DNA of 64,000 nucleotides from Dehalococcoidia bacterium (GTDB lineage: Bacteria > Chloroflexota > Dehalococcoidia > SZUA-161 > SpSt-899): assembly GCA_034434815.1 (NCBI GenBank), contig DAOTYO010000005.1:13118-77117 (forward strand), written 5' to 3'. Under the pieces are notes generated by a model. The model saw only the letters and a program-made list of their open reading frames with translations. It was not told the origin of the DNA and ran no database searches. The position numbers were made by a program, and so were the translations under genes. Numbering within the stretch: the stretch's first letter is position 1; every line of letters begins with the position of its first letter. Positions 36,544 to 46,562 of this stretch are shown here, piece by piece.

Positions 36544-38949
36544 GTGAGATCCCTCGGGCTGGATGAGCAAAGCGTGAACCGGATACTCGTCACCAAGATC
36601 CCCCGCAAAGCGGCCGGGCTCGTGTCCCGAAGGCCATGGTGGATGATTCTCATTATCCTCGTCCTCACCGCGATCCTTGCGCCCGGCACAACGCTTCTCA
36701 AGACCTCCACCGGATTCGATACCCTCGTCTCCCCCAAAGCCAAGATCTACCGGGATTCCCGGATCTACGCGGCCGAGTTCGGGGCGGATCCCGCCGTCGT
36801 GCTCCTTCGCGGAAAGCTCGATGCCATCTTCTCACCCGAGACTCTGGCGGTGCTGAATCGGTTCGAGGAAGCGTACTCCCCCGAAAAAGATCGGCGCGTT
36901 CAAGCTATTCTCTCTCCGGTGACCATCCTCAAGCTCGCGGCAGAGGAAGCAACGGCCCGAGGTTTCCCCATGGAGTGGAACGATCCCGCACTGATCGCGG
37001 CGGTCCTCGGAGATTCCCCCGAAAATCGGGCCCCGGAGATGGCCTCCCTCATCCCGGACGAACGCCACGTGCTCATCACCGTAACCCCGAGGGGCGATAC
37101 CCCGTTCGACGATTCGCTGGCCCTTCTGAGGGATATCGAAGCCTTCTTCGAGGATGCGCAACACGAGCTCCCCTCCGGCATCTCTTTCTTCGTCACCGGC
37201 GATATGGAGATGATCTCCGCCGTCAGCGATGCCATCGGCAACAACATGAAGACCCTCCTCATACTTTCCGTCGGTGTCATGGCCATCATCCTCATCCTCT
37301 CGTTCCGCGTTCGGTGGAATCTGCTTTCGCTCTTCATGGTCGGCATAGGATCCCTGTGGACCTTCGGATTGATGGGATACCTCGGGGTCCCGCTCTCCAT
37401 GGCCACCATGGCGGTTCTGCCGGTGCTCTTCGGGCTGGGGATTGACTATTCGATCCAGTTCCACAACCGCTATCAGGAGGAGGTGATCGGGAGCAAATCG
37501 GTCTCGGCGGCCATCACCGCTTCCATCTCCCGCATGTTTCCCACGGTGCTGATCGCCCTCGTTTCCACGATCATCGGGTTCATCACCCTGTACATCTCGG
37601 AAGTGCCCATGGTACGGCATTTCGGACTCATGCTCTCAGTGGGGATGATCTTCTGCTTTGTGATCGCCCTGTTCTTCCTCAACAGCATTATCTTGGTGAA
37701 CGAAAGAAGAATATCGGTGGACAAGCTCGGCAAATCGGCCGCCGCGGCCACGCGTCATCTAGAAAGGGCCCTCGCCGCCGGGGGGCGATTCACCATCCGC
37801 TATCCCCTGCCGATCATCGTGATCGCCATGGCCACAGGCATCGGGGGAGCCGTGGTGGATCGTTGGCTGCCCGCAAAAGGCGATATCGAAGGCTTGATGC
37901 CCCAGGGATCGGAGGCCATCCACGAGATTCGAACCCTGCGCGATGTTCAGGGCTACATGGGCGAACTCCGCTTCATCGTTCAAGCCGAAGACGTCACCGA
38001 TCCCGCCGTGTTGCGATGGATAGCCGAGTTTCAAGGGGAAGCGACCGCCCGTTACGGGTCCGATGCCGCCACGGAAAACCTTGCGGAACGGGAGACCGCG
38101 GCGATCCGGGGGAGCAACAGTCTGGCCTCCCTCATCGCCCAATGGAACGATGGCCACCTTCCGGAGGATCGGGAACAGGTCGAGCAGATCCTCGCGCGCA
38201 TCCCCGATGTATTCGTAACCCAATTCCTTTCCGCTGATCATCGCACGGCCAGCCTTTCCTTCAGCATCGACAACACCTCCGTGGAGCAAATCAACCAGCT
38301 TATCAAACGGCTGAAGGAGGACATCCACAGGACGCAAACGGAGGGCATCACGGCAAGTCCCGCCGGAACCATGGCCCTCGGCGCCAGCACTGTGGACGCC
38401 ATGATGGGCCGAAGATTCCTGATGAATGTCATTTGTCTCGGCGCCGTCTTCGCTGTGATGTTCTCCATCTATCGGCATCTGACCCGCACCTTCTTCGCCA
38501 TCATTCCCGTGGGGATGGTCATGGGATGGGCATCCCTCGATCTGTATCTGGCCCACATCCCCCTCAACCCCCTCACTTCGGTTCTGGGATTGCTCGTTGT
38601 GGGGATCGGGACCGAGTTCATGGTCCTCATCTTGGGCAGATACGAAGAGGAGAAGCGCACGAGCGGCAAATCCCCTCACGAGGCAATGGTGATCACCCTC
38701 TCCAAGACCGGCCGGGCCATCTTGGCTTCGGTACTGACCACCCTTGGGGGATTCGGCGTGCTCATCAGCTCTAACTTCGTTCTGCTCCGCGACTTCGGCA
38801 TCGCCACCACCATCGGCACGTTCCTGTGCATGATCGCTTCGATGATCGTCATGCCCCCGATCATCGTGTGGTGGGATACCCGTGTGGCCGAGCATCTCAC
38901 CATGGAACGCCTCAAGAACGGCTCATGGGCCAAACGGCGGAAGCAGTAG
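36544..38949 (+). CDS. MMPL/RND superfamily membrane transporter
   Basis: 801 aa with two 6-TM bundles (LILSVGVMAIILILSF...; FLMNVICLGAVFAVMFSIY...) separated by large soluble loops; GTG start uncertain (alternative ATG at 36643). Confidence 0.7.
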   Translation: MRSLGLDEQSVNRILVTKIPRKAAGLVSRRPWWMILIILVLTAILAPGTTLLKTSTGFDTLVSPKAKIYRDSRIYAAEFGADPAVVLLRGKLDAIFSPETLAVLNRFEEAYSPEKDRRVQAILSPVTILKLAAEEATARGFPMEWNDPALIAAVLGDSPENRAPEMASLIPDERHVLITVTPRGDTPFDDSLALLRDIEAFFEDAQHELPSGISFFVTGDMEMISAVSDAIGNNMKTLLILSVGVMAIILILSFRVRWNLLSLFMVGIGSLWTFGLMGYLGVPLSMATMAVLPVLFGLGIDYSIQFHNRYQEEVIGSKSVSAAITASISRMFPTVLIALVSTIIGFITLYISEVPMVRHFGLMLSVGMIFCFVIALFFLNSIILVNERRISVDKLGKSAAAATRHLERALAAGGRFTIRYPLPIIVIAMATGIGGAVVDRWLPAKGDIEGLMPQGSEAIHEIRTLRDVQGYMGELRFIVQAEDVTDPAVLRWIAEFQGEATARYGSDAATENLAERETAAIRGSNSLASLIAQWNDGHLPEDREQVEQILARIPDVFVTQFLSADHRTASLSFSIDNTSVEQINQLIKRLKEDIHRTQTEGITASPAGTMALGASTVDAMMGRRFLMNVICLGAVFAVMFSIYRHLTRTFFAIIPVGMVMGWASLDLYLAHIPLNPLTSVLGLLVVGIGTEFMVLILGRYEEEKRTSGKSPHEAMVITLSKTGRAILASVLTTLGGFGVLISSNFVLLRDFGIATTIGTFLCMIASMIVMPPIIVWWDTRVAEHLTMERLKNGSWAKRRKQ

Positions 38950-38985
38950 CCGGATCGCCCCCCTTCTCATTTCCTACCCAAAAAC

Positions 38986-39184
38986 AGCGATTGAAGAAGC
39001 ACGTGCCAAGACGCCTCTTAAGCCGGGGGATTGGGGGTGTCCCCCAGAAAACCCTTTGGGCGGGGTGGGGGGATCGGAGAAGCCCGATCGCACATGGGGT
39101 GAGGGGGGAATTCCGGGGCAAGGTTCACGGCGATGCGATCAAAGTCATTCACCCTGAGGGTGAAGGCTCGAAAGCGGAATCGCT
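38986..39184 (+). repeat. copy E of interspersed element (full length)
   Basis: AGCGATTGAAGAAGCACGTGCCAAGACGCCTCTTAAGCCGGGGGATTGGGGGTGTCCCCCAGAAAACCCTTTGGGCGGGG...GAATTCCGGGGCAAGG...CACCCTGAGGGTGAAGGCTCGAAAGCGGAATCGCT; followed by hairpin CCGGAAAGcCTTTCCGG and an extended -10 TGATATACT before aroQ. Confidence 0.8.
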
Positions 39185-39258
39185 GCTTTCGGACCCGGAA
39201 AGCCTTTCCGGAGTTTCCCTTTCTTGTGATATACTAAAGCAGCAAACCGAGGGCAGCG

Positions 39259-39693
39259 ATGAAAATCCTCGTCATTCACGGCCCAAACCTGAACATGCTG
39301 GGGAAACGCGATCCTGCGCACTACGGCACGAAGACGCTGGAGGAGATCAACTCCGCCCTGAGGGAACGCGCCAAAGCGCTCGGGGTGGAGATCGAGGCTT
39401 TTCAATCGAACCATGAGGGCTCGCTGATCGACTTCATTCAGGAACATGCTCCGGGGGCCGATGGAATCATCATCAATCCGGGCGCGCTGACCCATTACGG
39501 CCTATCGCTGCGCGATGCGCTGGCCGATGCCCAACTTCCCGCCATCGAGGTACACCTTTCGAATATCCATGCTCGGGAGGACTTCCGCCGGAAATCCGTC
39601 ATCGCACCGGTGACGAAGGGGCAAATCAGCGGGCAGGGATGGCAGGGATACATCGCGGCTCTGGAAATGCTATGTGCCCGAGACAGAAGATAA
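39259..39693 (+). CDS. aroQ: type II 3-dehydroquinate dehydratase
   Basis: MKILVIHGPNLNMLGKR...QSNHEG...IIINPGALTHYG. Confidence 0.9.
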   Translation: MKILVIHGPNLNMLGKRDPAHYGTKTLEEINSALRERAKALGVEIEAFQSNHEGSLIDFIQEHAPGADGIIINPGALTHYGLSLRDALADAQLPAIEVHLSNIHAREDFRRKSVIAPVTKGQISGQGWQGYIAALEMLCARDRR

Positions 39694-39735
39694 GGGCCTC
39701 TCAGCGCACCCGTTAGCCCTTGCAAGTGAACCATC

Positions 39736-40806
39736 ATGAACCTCCGCCTCCGAAAGCTCCGCCGCCTTCTCAGCCGACAGAACCTCGATGCGATCATCAT
39801 CTCCTCCCCTTCCAATCGGCGATACCTCTCCGGATTCACCGGGTCGGCGGGCTTTCTCCTCATCTCGCAAACCGAAGCCGTTCTGGCCACCGATTTCCGG
39901 TACACCGAGCAAGCCGCCTCTCAAGCCCCCGATTTCCGAATCGTGCGCTCTCAAGGGGAATTGGACTGGTTTCCGCGGACCGTGACCGAGCTCGGGCTCA
40001 AGGCCGTCGGCTTCGAAAGCGACGATCTGGCCGTCACCGCTTACCGGCATCTCGTCGAAGAGGCGCGGAGGCTTTCCCCTCGAACACGACCGCGCTTGAT
40101 CGCCACACGCGGGATCGCGGAATCGCTCCGGGCCATCAAGGATAGGTCGGAGCTCCGGGCCATCCGTGCCGCCGCCAAAATCGCCGATGCCGCCATCGCT
40201 CACGCCCGTTCTATCCTCGCCCCCGGAACGAGCGAGAGAGAACTGGCTTGGAGAATCGAAAGATTCCTCCGGGAAAGCGGAAGCGAAACCCTCCCCTTCC
40301 CCATCATCGTTGCCTCCGGCCCGAACGCCGCCCGCCCCCACGCTGAACCCTCCGACCGGATCATCGGGGAAGGCGAACCGGTGGTGATAGACCTCGGGGC
40401 ACGGGTGAACGGGTATTGCAGCGATCTCACCCGGACGATCTCGCTGGGCCAGCCCAGCGAGCGGATGGCCGAGATCACCGCCATCGTCCACAAGGCTCAA
40501 GCGGCGGCGATCGAGGGTCTGGCTGCGGGCATGAGCGGGGAGGAGGCGGATCGCCTCGCCCGAACGGTGATCAAGTCGGCGGGATACGAAGAGGCCTTCG
40601 GGCATGGGCTCGGCCACGGCGTGGGATTGGACGTCCACGAGCAACCGCGCCTCGGCCCAAAATCGGAGGATACCCTGAGGGGCGGGATGGTCTTTACCAT
40701 CGAGCCCGGCATCTATCTCGAGGGATGGGGTGGGGTACGGACCGAGGATATGGTATCATTGGGGAAGAACGGCCCTTCCCTTCTCACCCACGCCGAGAGA
40801 TTCTGA
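39736..40806 (+). CDS. M24 family Xaa-Pro aminopeptidase
   Basis: Pita-bread metal ligands (VVIDLGARVNGYCSDLTRT, GHGLGHGVGLDVHE, FTIEPG). Confidence 0.85.
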   Translation: MNLRLRKLRRLLSRQNLDAIIISSPSNRRYLSGFTGSAGFLLISQTEAVLATDFRYTEQAASQAPDFRIVRSQGELDWFPRTVTELGLKAVGFESDDLAVTAYRHLVEEARRLSPRTRPRLIATRGIAESLRAIKDRSELRAIRAAAKIADAAIAHARSILAPGTSERELAWRIERFLRESGSETLPFPIIVASGPNAARPHAEPSDRIIGEGEPVVIDLGARVNGYCSDLTRTISLGQPSERMAEITAIVHKAQAAAIEGLAAGMSGEEADRLARTVIKSAGYEEAFGHGLGHGVGLDVHEQPRLGPKSEDTLRGGMVFTIEPGIYLEGWGGVRTEDMVSLGKNGPSLLTHAERF

Positions 40807-40822
40807 TCACCCGAGGCCCGAA

Positions 40823-41380
40823 ATGATTGCCGTCACAGACGCCCGCAAAGGTACGGTGGTGGAGATCGACGGCCAACTCTACGCGGTGATGGACTATCAT
40901 CACATCAAGATGGGCCGGGGTTCGGCGCAGGTGCGCCTCAAGCTCCGGGACCTCCGCGCCGGCCACACCATCGAACGCACTTTCCAATCGGCGGAACGCC
41001 TCAAAGACGTGGAATTGGAACGGCGCTGGGCTCAGTACCTCTACAACGATGAGGATCTCCTGTACTTCATGGATCAGGAGAGCTTCGAACAGATCCCCGT
41101 GAGCGGCCCGATTCTGGGAGACGGACTGAACTACCTCACCGAAGGGCTCACCGTGCAGCTATTCATGCACGAGGGAAAGGTGCTGGCCGTGGAACTGCCC
41201 ATCACGGTGGAACTGAAGATCACCGAGACCGGGCCCGCTTACAAAGGCGATACCGCCGCCGGGGGCACCAAGCCGGCCATTCTGGAAACCGGGATCACGG
41301 TTCAAGTGCCCCTTTACCTTTCTCCGGGCGAGAGGATCAAAGTGGATACCCGGACCGGCGCCTTCATCGAAAGGGCTTGA
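40823..41380 (+). CDS. efp: elongation factor P
   Basis: 186 aa; KGxxV...HHIKMGRGSAQVRLKLRDL including the conserved Lys/Arg loop region. Confidence 0.9.
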   Translation: MIAVTDARKGTVVEIDGQLYAVMDYHHIKMGRGSAQVRLKLRDLRAGHTIERTFQSAERLKDVELERRWAQYLYNDEDLLYFMDQESFEQIPVSGPILGDGLNYLTEGLTVQLFMHEGKVLAVELPITVELKITETGPAYKGDTAAGGTKPAILETGITVQVPLYLSPGERIKVDTRTGAFIERA

Positions 41381-41437
41381 GAAACACCGGGCTTGCTTTT
41401 CCGAAAAAGGATACCGAAATTGAAGAAGGGAGGTCCC

Positions 41438-41857
41438 ATGACTCAGGAACACCCCGCACGAGCCGCCGCCAAACGTTCCATCAGCGCCGCTGAGCGGAGA
41501 GCCAAAGAGGAATGGCTCTCGCTCTATGCCGACGATGCCACAGTCGAAGACCCCGTCGGCCCTTCCCCGATAGACCCCGAGGGAAAAGGGCATCACGGGA
41601 AGGAAGCTCTGGCACGCTTCTTCGATAACAACATCGCCAACACCCGGATCAAATTCGAGATCAAGGATTCGTTCGCCGCCGGCAACGAATGCGCCAACGT
41701 GGGCAGTATCCATCTCACCTTCGCCGATGGCAGCACCGCCCGATGCGACGGCGTCTTCGTGTACCGGGTCAACCCCGATGGCAAGATCGCCTCGCTGCGC
41801 GCCTTCTGGGAGTTCGACCGGATGATGAAGACCATCAAGCCGGCCCCCAAATCGTAA
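41438..41857 (+). CDS. SnoaL-like / NTF2-fold protein (ketosteroid isomerase-like)
   Basis: 139 aa, alpha+beta cone composition; GGGAGG RBS; the track ORF begins upstream at 41393. Confidence 0.55.
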   Translation: MTQEHPARAAAKRSISAAERRAKEEWLSLYADDATVEDPVGPSPIDPEGKGHHGKEALARFFDNNIANTRIKFEIKDSFAAGNECANVGSIHLTFADGSTARCDGVFVYRVNPDGKIASLRAFWEFDRMMKTIKPAPKS

Positions 41858-41910
41858 GGGCGAGGGATTCGGAACAAAACAGATCAACGCTTCCCGAGGG
41901 AGGTGCGGCA

Positions 41911-42375
41911 ATGGCGGAAAACCATTTGCCCGATTTCAAGCTCCCGCCGGTCTATCAACTCGGCTATGTGGTCCGGGATATCCGGAAAGTCTGCGATTAC
42001 TACGCCTCGACCTTCGGCATGGGGCCCTTTTCTCCGCCGATGGAGGTGAACATGGACGGGGCCATCCTCCGCGGCCGGCCGGTGCGATGCCGGATCAAGG
42101 TCTCCTTCGCCCAGTCCGGCCCCCTTCAGATCGAGCTCATCGAACCCATCGAGGGCGAGAACCCGTACTTCGAATTCCTCGAAGCAAAAGGCGAGGGCAT
42201 CCACCACCTCGCCTTTCCGGTGGAAGATATGAATGCCGCCAAGGCGGCCTTCAGGGCCATAGGATTGGAGCCGGTGTTCTATCATGATATGAAGGTGATG
42301 GAATTCGCCTATTTCGATACCTCGGCGATCGGGGGACTGTGGGTGGAATTTCTTTACTGGAAGGCCAAGAAATGA
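41911..42375 (+). CDS. VOC family protein (glyoxalase/bleomycin resistance/extradiol dioxygenase fold)
   Basis: Two beta-alpha-beta-beta-beta modules, with metal ligands typical of VOC (HLAF...E); GGGAGG RBS; stop overlaps the next gene start (ATGA). Confidence 0.65.
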   Translation: MAENHLPDFKLPPVYQLGYVVRDIRKVCDYYASTFGMGPFSPPMEVNMDGAILRGRPVRCRIKVSFAQSGPLQIELIEPIEGENPYFEFLEAKGEGIHHLAFPVEDMNAAKAAFRAIGLEPVFYHDMKVMEFAYFDTSAIGGLWVEFLYWKAKK

Positions 42376-44558
42376 ACAGCGGAAAAGAGGAAATCATCAC
42401 CACTTTGTGTGCCCCTCACTGCGGCGGCGGATGCCTCCTCAAGGTCCACGTCCGGGAGGGGCGGATCGTGCGCATCGAGACCGATGACGGCCCGGAGCCG
42501 CAAGTGCGGGCATGCCTTCGCGGCCGATCGTGGCGGCAACGCATCTACCATCCGGACCGGCTACTGTACCCGCTCAAACGGGCGGGGGAGCGGGGGGAAG
42601 GGAAGTTCGAGCGCATCTCTTGGGATGAGGCGCTGAATACGATCGCCGATGCCCTCAAACGCACGATCACAACCTACGGGCCCGCTTCGATCGTCCACTG
42701 GGTCTCGGGGGGCGATCAGGGCATGCTTCACGATACGTGGCGGCGCATGAGCCGCCTTTTTTGTATGCTCGGCGGGTACACCCGCCCATGGGGCTTGCAC
42801 TCCTACGAAGGGGGGATCTTCGCCGAGCTGGCCACGTTCGGCATGGCGTGGACCGCCAGCACCCGCGACGACCTTTTGAACTCGAAGCTCATCATCATGT
42901 GGGGATGGGATCCCTCGACCACGATTCAAGATACCAACACCGCATGGTACTTGGCACAGGCCAGAGAGAAGGGAATCAAGATTATCGCCGTGGACCCGCG
43001 TCTGACCGCCACGGCGGCCGCCTTTGCCCATCACTGGATCCCCATCCGCCCCGGCACCGATGCGGCGGCGCTCATCGCGATGGCGCACGTGACGATCACC
43101 GAGAACCTTCACGATCAGGCCTTCCTCGATAGATACACCCTCGGATTCGAAGTCTTCCGCGATTATGCGCTGGGGAAGGAAGACGGCGTGCCCAAAACCC
43201 CCGAATGGGCCGAGCCGATCACCGGCATCCCCGCGGAAACCCTTCGCAAGTTGGCCCGCGAGTATGCCACCACGAGACCCGCGGCTCTGATTGCCGGCAT
43301 CGCACCGGGGCGGACGGCCTACGGCGAGCAGTATCACCGTGCAGCGATCACGCTCGCCGCCATGACCGGCAACATCGGCAAGCCCGGCGGATCTTGCGGC
43401 GGCAAATCGTGGGGGCCCCATGCACTGGGCAAGATGGGCTCGGGACCCAAGATCCCCCCCAACCCCGTGGACGGGCTCGTGCCGAACCCCAAGGGCAAGT
43501 TGCCCAATCGCAACTACTACATCTACGGATACGGGATCATCAATCTCTTTCACCTCACCGATGCCATCCTCAAGGGCAAGGCCGGGGGCGCTCCGGCCGA
43601 CTTCAAGTTCCTCTGGGTGACCAACGCCAATCCGGTCAACCAGTGGCCCAACACGAACAAAACAGTGGAAGCCTTCAAGAAACTCGATTTCGTGGTCACC
43701 GAAGAGCAATTCCTCACCCCGACCGCCCGCTATGCCGATATCGTGCTTCCCTCGACCACTTTCTTCGAGCGTGCCGATATCACCATGGGAGCCGCCACAC
43801 CGCCGTTCTACGGATACCGGAGGCGGATCATCGCGCCGCCCGGGGAGTGCCGAACCCCGATGGACGTGGCGCGCGAGTTGGCCTTACGGCTCGGACTAAA
43901 GGATTACGACGACAAATCCGATGAAGCGTGGCTCGATGACATCCTTGCAAAGAGCGATATCCCCGATCGGGAGGCCTTCAAGCGGGAGGGCTATCACAAG
44001 CTCAAGCTACCCCGGCCGCACATCCCCTTCCGGGAGCAAATCGAGAACCCGGAAAAGAATCCCTTCTACACCCCTTCCGGCAAGATCGAGATCCACTCCA
44101 AACTCATCGCCGATATGAACGATCCCCTCATTCCGCCGATCCCGAAATACATCGAGCCGTGGGAGGGACCAAACGATCCGTTGCGGAAGAAGTATCCCCT
44201 GCAACTCATCACCACGCACACGCGGCGGCGCGCGCATACCCAATTCGATAACGTCCCGTGGCTTCGGGAGCTCGATCCTCATGCCATCCGCATCAACTCC
44301 CGCGACGCCGAAGTGAGGGGAATCGAAGACGGCGATAGGGTCAGGGTCTTTAACGATCGGGGCACGGTCATTGTTCCGGCCAGAGTGGTGGAGACGATCA
44401 TGCCGGGGGTGGTGGATTTGCCTGAGGGCGCATGGTACGCTCCGGACGCGGACGGGGTGGATCGGGGGGGATGCGCCAACGTGCTCTCGCTCGATCGGCC
44501 CTCGCCCGGAGGAGCTTTGCCTTCCAATACGGCGCTGGTTCAGATCGAAAAGGCATAG
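42372..44558 (+). CDS. molybdopterin/tungstopterin oxidoreductase, DMSO-reductase family, cytoplasmic (acetylene-hydratase-like size and architecture)
   Basis: 728 aa; N-terminal Fe-S cysteine cluster TLCAPHCGGGC...C; no twin-arginine signal; molybdopterin-binding blocks; translationally coupled to the upstream VOC gene. Confidence 0.75.
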   Translation: MNSGKEEIITTLCAPHCGGGCLLKVHVREGRIVRIETDDGPEPQVRACLRGRSWRQRIYHPDRLLYPLKRAGERGEGKFERISWDEALNTIADALKRTITTYGPASIVHWVSGGDQGMLHDTWRRMSRLFCMLGGYTRPWGLHSYEGGIFAELATFGMAWTASTRDDLLNSKLIIMWGWDPSTTIQDTNTAWYLAQAREKGIKIIAVDPRLTATAAAFAHHWIPIRPGTDAAALIAMAHVTITENLHDQAFLDRYTLGFEVFRDYALGKEDGVPKTPEWAEPITGIPAETLRKLAREYATTRPAALIAGIAPGRTAYGEQYHRAAITLAAMTGNIGKPGGSCGGKSWGPHALGKMGSGPKIPPNPVDGLVPNPKGKLPNRNYYIYGYGIINLFHLTDAILKGKAGGAPADFKFLWVTNANPVNQWPNTNKTVEAFKKLDFVVTEEQFLTPTARYADIVLPSTTFFERADITMGAATPPFYGYRRRIIAPPGECRTPMDVARELALRLGLKDYDDKSDEAWLDDILAKSDIPDREAFKREGYHKLKLPRPHIPFREQIENPEKNPFYTPSGKIEIHSKLIADMNDPLIPPIPKYIEPWEGPNDPLRKKYPLQLITTHTRRRAHTQFDNVPWLRELDPHAIRINSRDAEVRGIEDGDRVRVFNDRGTVIVPARVVETIMPGVVDLPEGAWYAPDADGVDRGGCANVLSLDRPSPGGALPSNTALVQIEKA

Positions 44559-44615
44559 GGACACGCTCGCCTTGAGTCGAGTCCCGGCCCCAAAATGCAT
44601 GGGGGATGATGTGAA

Positions 44616-46538
44616 ATGTTCGGATATGCGGGAAAGATTCTGAAGGTGAACCTTACCAATCAAAGGGCCGAGGAACTCCCTACCTCAGACTATGCGGAGC
44701 GATTCCTCGGGGGAAAGGGGCTTGCCGCCAAGCTGTACTGGGATGAGATGCCCCCGAAGGCCGCCGCCGCCGATCCGCGGAGCGCGGTGATCTTCTCCAC
44801 CGGGCCATTGGCCGGCGCGCCGGGGATCGGCGCCTCCCGATGGATGGTATCCGGGAAGTCCCCCGTCTCCGATCCGGAACACTTCGTCCACTGCAATCTC
44901 GGGGGACGGTGGGGAAACGACCTCAAGGCGGCCGGCTACGACGCCCTGATGATCACCGGCAGATCCGAAAGGCCCGTTTACCTCTTCCTCCACGATGGAA
45001 TCTGCGAGTTCAAGGACGCCAACGGGCTCCGGGGAAAGGGTGCCATCCGAACAAGGAGAATCCTGAAGGTCGAATACGGCGAAGGAATCAGTGTGGCGGC
45101 GGTGGGGCCGGCGGGTGAGAGCGGTGCTGTGATGGCCAATGTGATCGCCGAGGACGATGCCTCCGGATCGGCGGGGCTGGGAGGGGTAATGGGCTCCAAG
45201 AATCTCAAGGCCATCGTGGTGCCCCAAGGCAAGCTCAAGATTCAGATGGCGTATCCGGAGCACTTCAAGCAACTGGCCGCCCGCTACCGCGCTCTGGGAA
45301 AAGAGCCCATCACCGCTGTGGCCGGCGTGCCCATGCGCATCATGGGCCCCAATACCCGCCGGGCACCATGCCCCTTGTGCTCGTTCGATTGCATCCGCCG
45401 CACCTACGAATCGAAGGAGGGCGATGTGGGCAAGTTCATGTGCCAATCCGCCATCTTCTATCGCCCCATGGCCGAGGCCATCTACGGTCCGGATAGCGAT
45501 ATCCCCTTCCGGGCCACCAAGCTCTGCGATGAATACGGACTCGATACCATGGCGGTCTCGGTGATCATTGGATGGCTCTGGCGTTGCATCCGGGCGGGCA
45601 TCCTGAACGATCAGAACACGGGGCTTCCGCTCTCCAAATTCGGCACCATCGAGTTTCTGGATACCCTTCTGCACAAGATATCCCTTCGGGAGGGGTTCGG
45701 GGAGCTTCTGGCAAAAGGCGTACACAAAGCGGCAGAGTCCCTCGGAGGGAAGGCCGTCTCGGCGCTCGCGCCGCTCGTTTCCAAGGCCGGGCAAGAGAAT
45801 ACCTATGATGCCAGACTGTACCCCAATACCGCCCTCCTCCATGCCACCGAGCCGCGCAACCCCACCCCTCAGCTTCAGGAGATCAGCCGCGTGATCTTCA
45901 AATGGCTGGAATGGCGCCGCGGCGAAGACGGAGCCTTCGTCTCGGGGGAAGTGGCCCGGCGCATCGCCGCCCGCTTCTGGGGAAGCGAAATCGCCGCCGA
46001 TTTCACCACGTTCGAGGGGAAGGCTCTGGCGGCCAAGATGATTCAGGATCGGGAGTACGCCAAGGAATGCCTCATCCTCTGCAGCTTCGTGTGGCCGGTG
46101 ATGGAAGCGCGGTTCACCCCGGATCACGTTGGCGATCCCACGCTCGAGGCTCAGGTGCTGACAGCGGTGACCGGCCGGGAATTCGATGAATCGAGCTTGA
46201 ACCGCGTGGGCGAGAGGGTCTTCAATCTGCACCGGGCGATCCTCTTGCGGGAGGGACACCGAGGGACAGCGGATGACCGACTCCCGGAACTATGGTTCAC
46301 GGAGCCCATCAAATGGGATATGCCCAATCCCAATTTGGAGGTGCCGGGGCCGAACGGCCAGCCCGTTTCCCGCAAAGGGGCAACGGTCGACCGCTCAGCC
46401 TTCGAGCAATCGAAAAAGGAATACTATCGACTCCGGGGATGGGATCCGGAAACGGGAATCCCTCCGGAAGCCGCCCTGCGCGCCCTCGATCTCGGGGATA
46501 CGGCGGAGAATCTCAGCCAGCGCCGAATCCTCCCGTAG
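44616..46538 (+). CDS. aldehyde:ferredoxin oxidoreductase family (tungsten-containing AOR)
   Basis: N-terminus MFGYAGKILKVNLT characteristic of AOR; 640 aa; Cys ligands for a 4Fe-4S cluster (CPLCSFDC...C). Confidence 0.85.
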   Translation: MFGYAGKILKVNLTNQRAEELPTSDYAERFLGGKGLAAKLYWDEMPPKAAAADPRSAVIFSTGPLAGAPGIGASRWMVSGKSPVSDPEHFVHCNLGGRWGNDLKAAGYDALMITGRSERPVYLFLHDGICEFKDANGLRGKGAIRTRRILKVEYGEGISVAAVGPAGESGAVMANVIAEDDASGSAGLGGVMGSKNLKAIVVPQGKLKIQMAYPEHFKQLAARYRALGKEPITAVAGVPMRIMGPNTRRAPCPLCSFDCIRRTYESKEGDVGKFMCQSAIFYRPMAEAIYGPDSDIPFRATKLCDEYGLDTMAVSVIIGWLWRCIRAGILNDQNTGLPLSKFGTIEFLDTLLHKISLREGFGELLAKGVHKAAESLGGKAVSALAPLVSKAGQENTYDARLYPNTALLHATEPRNPTPQLQEISRVIFKWLEWRRGEDGAFVSGEVARRIAARFWGSEIAADFTTFEGKALAAKMIQDREYAKECLILCSFVWPVMEARFTPDHVGDPTLEAQVLTAVTGREFDESSLNRVGERVFNLHRAILLREGHRGTADDRLPELWFTEPIKWDMPNPNLEVPGPNGQPVSRKGATVDRSAFEQSKKEYYRLRGWDPETGIPPEAALRALDLGDTAENLSQRRILP

Positions 46539-46562
46539 CAACCATACGAAAGGGGGAAGAAT

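Noticed and set aside
44685-46259. 524-aa minus-strand ORF antisense to the AOR gene; similar antisense ORFs at 42561-43709, 46842-47927, 50034-50975, 52975-54558, 55972-56772, 22788-23705, 36832-38895, 39670-40644 and 63219-63971
   Set aside because: Each overlaps a gene with clear family signatures on the other strand. Their compositions are Arg/Gly/Pro-rich, typical of GC-rich antisense frames.
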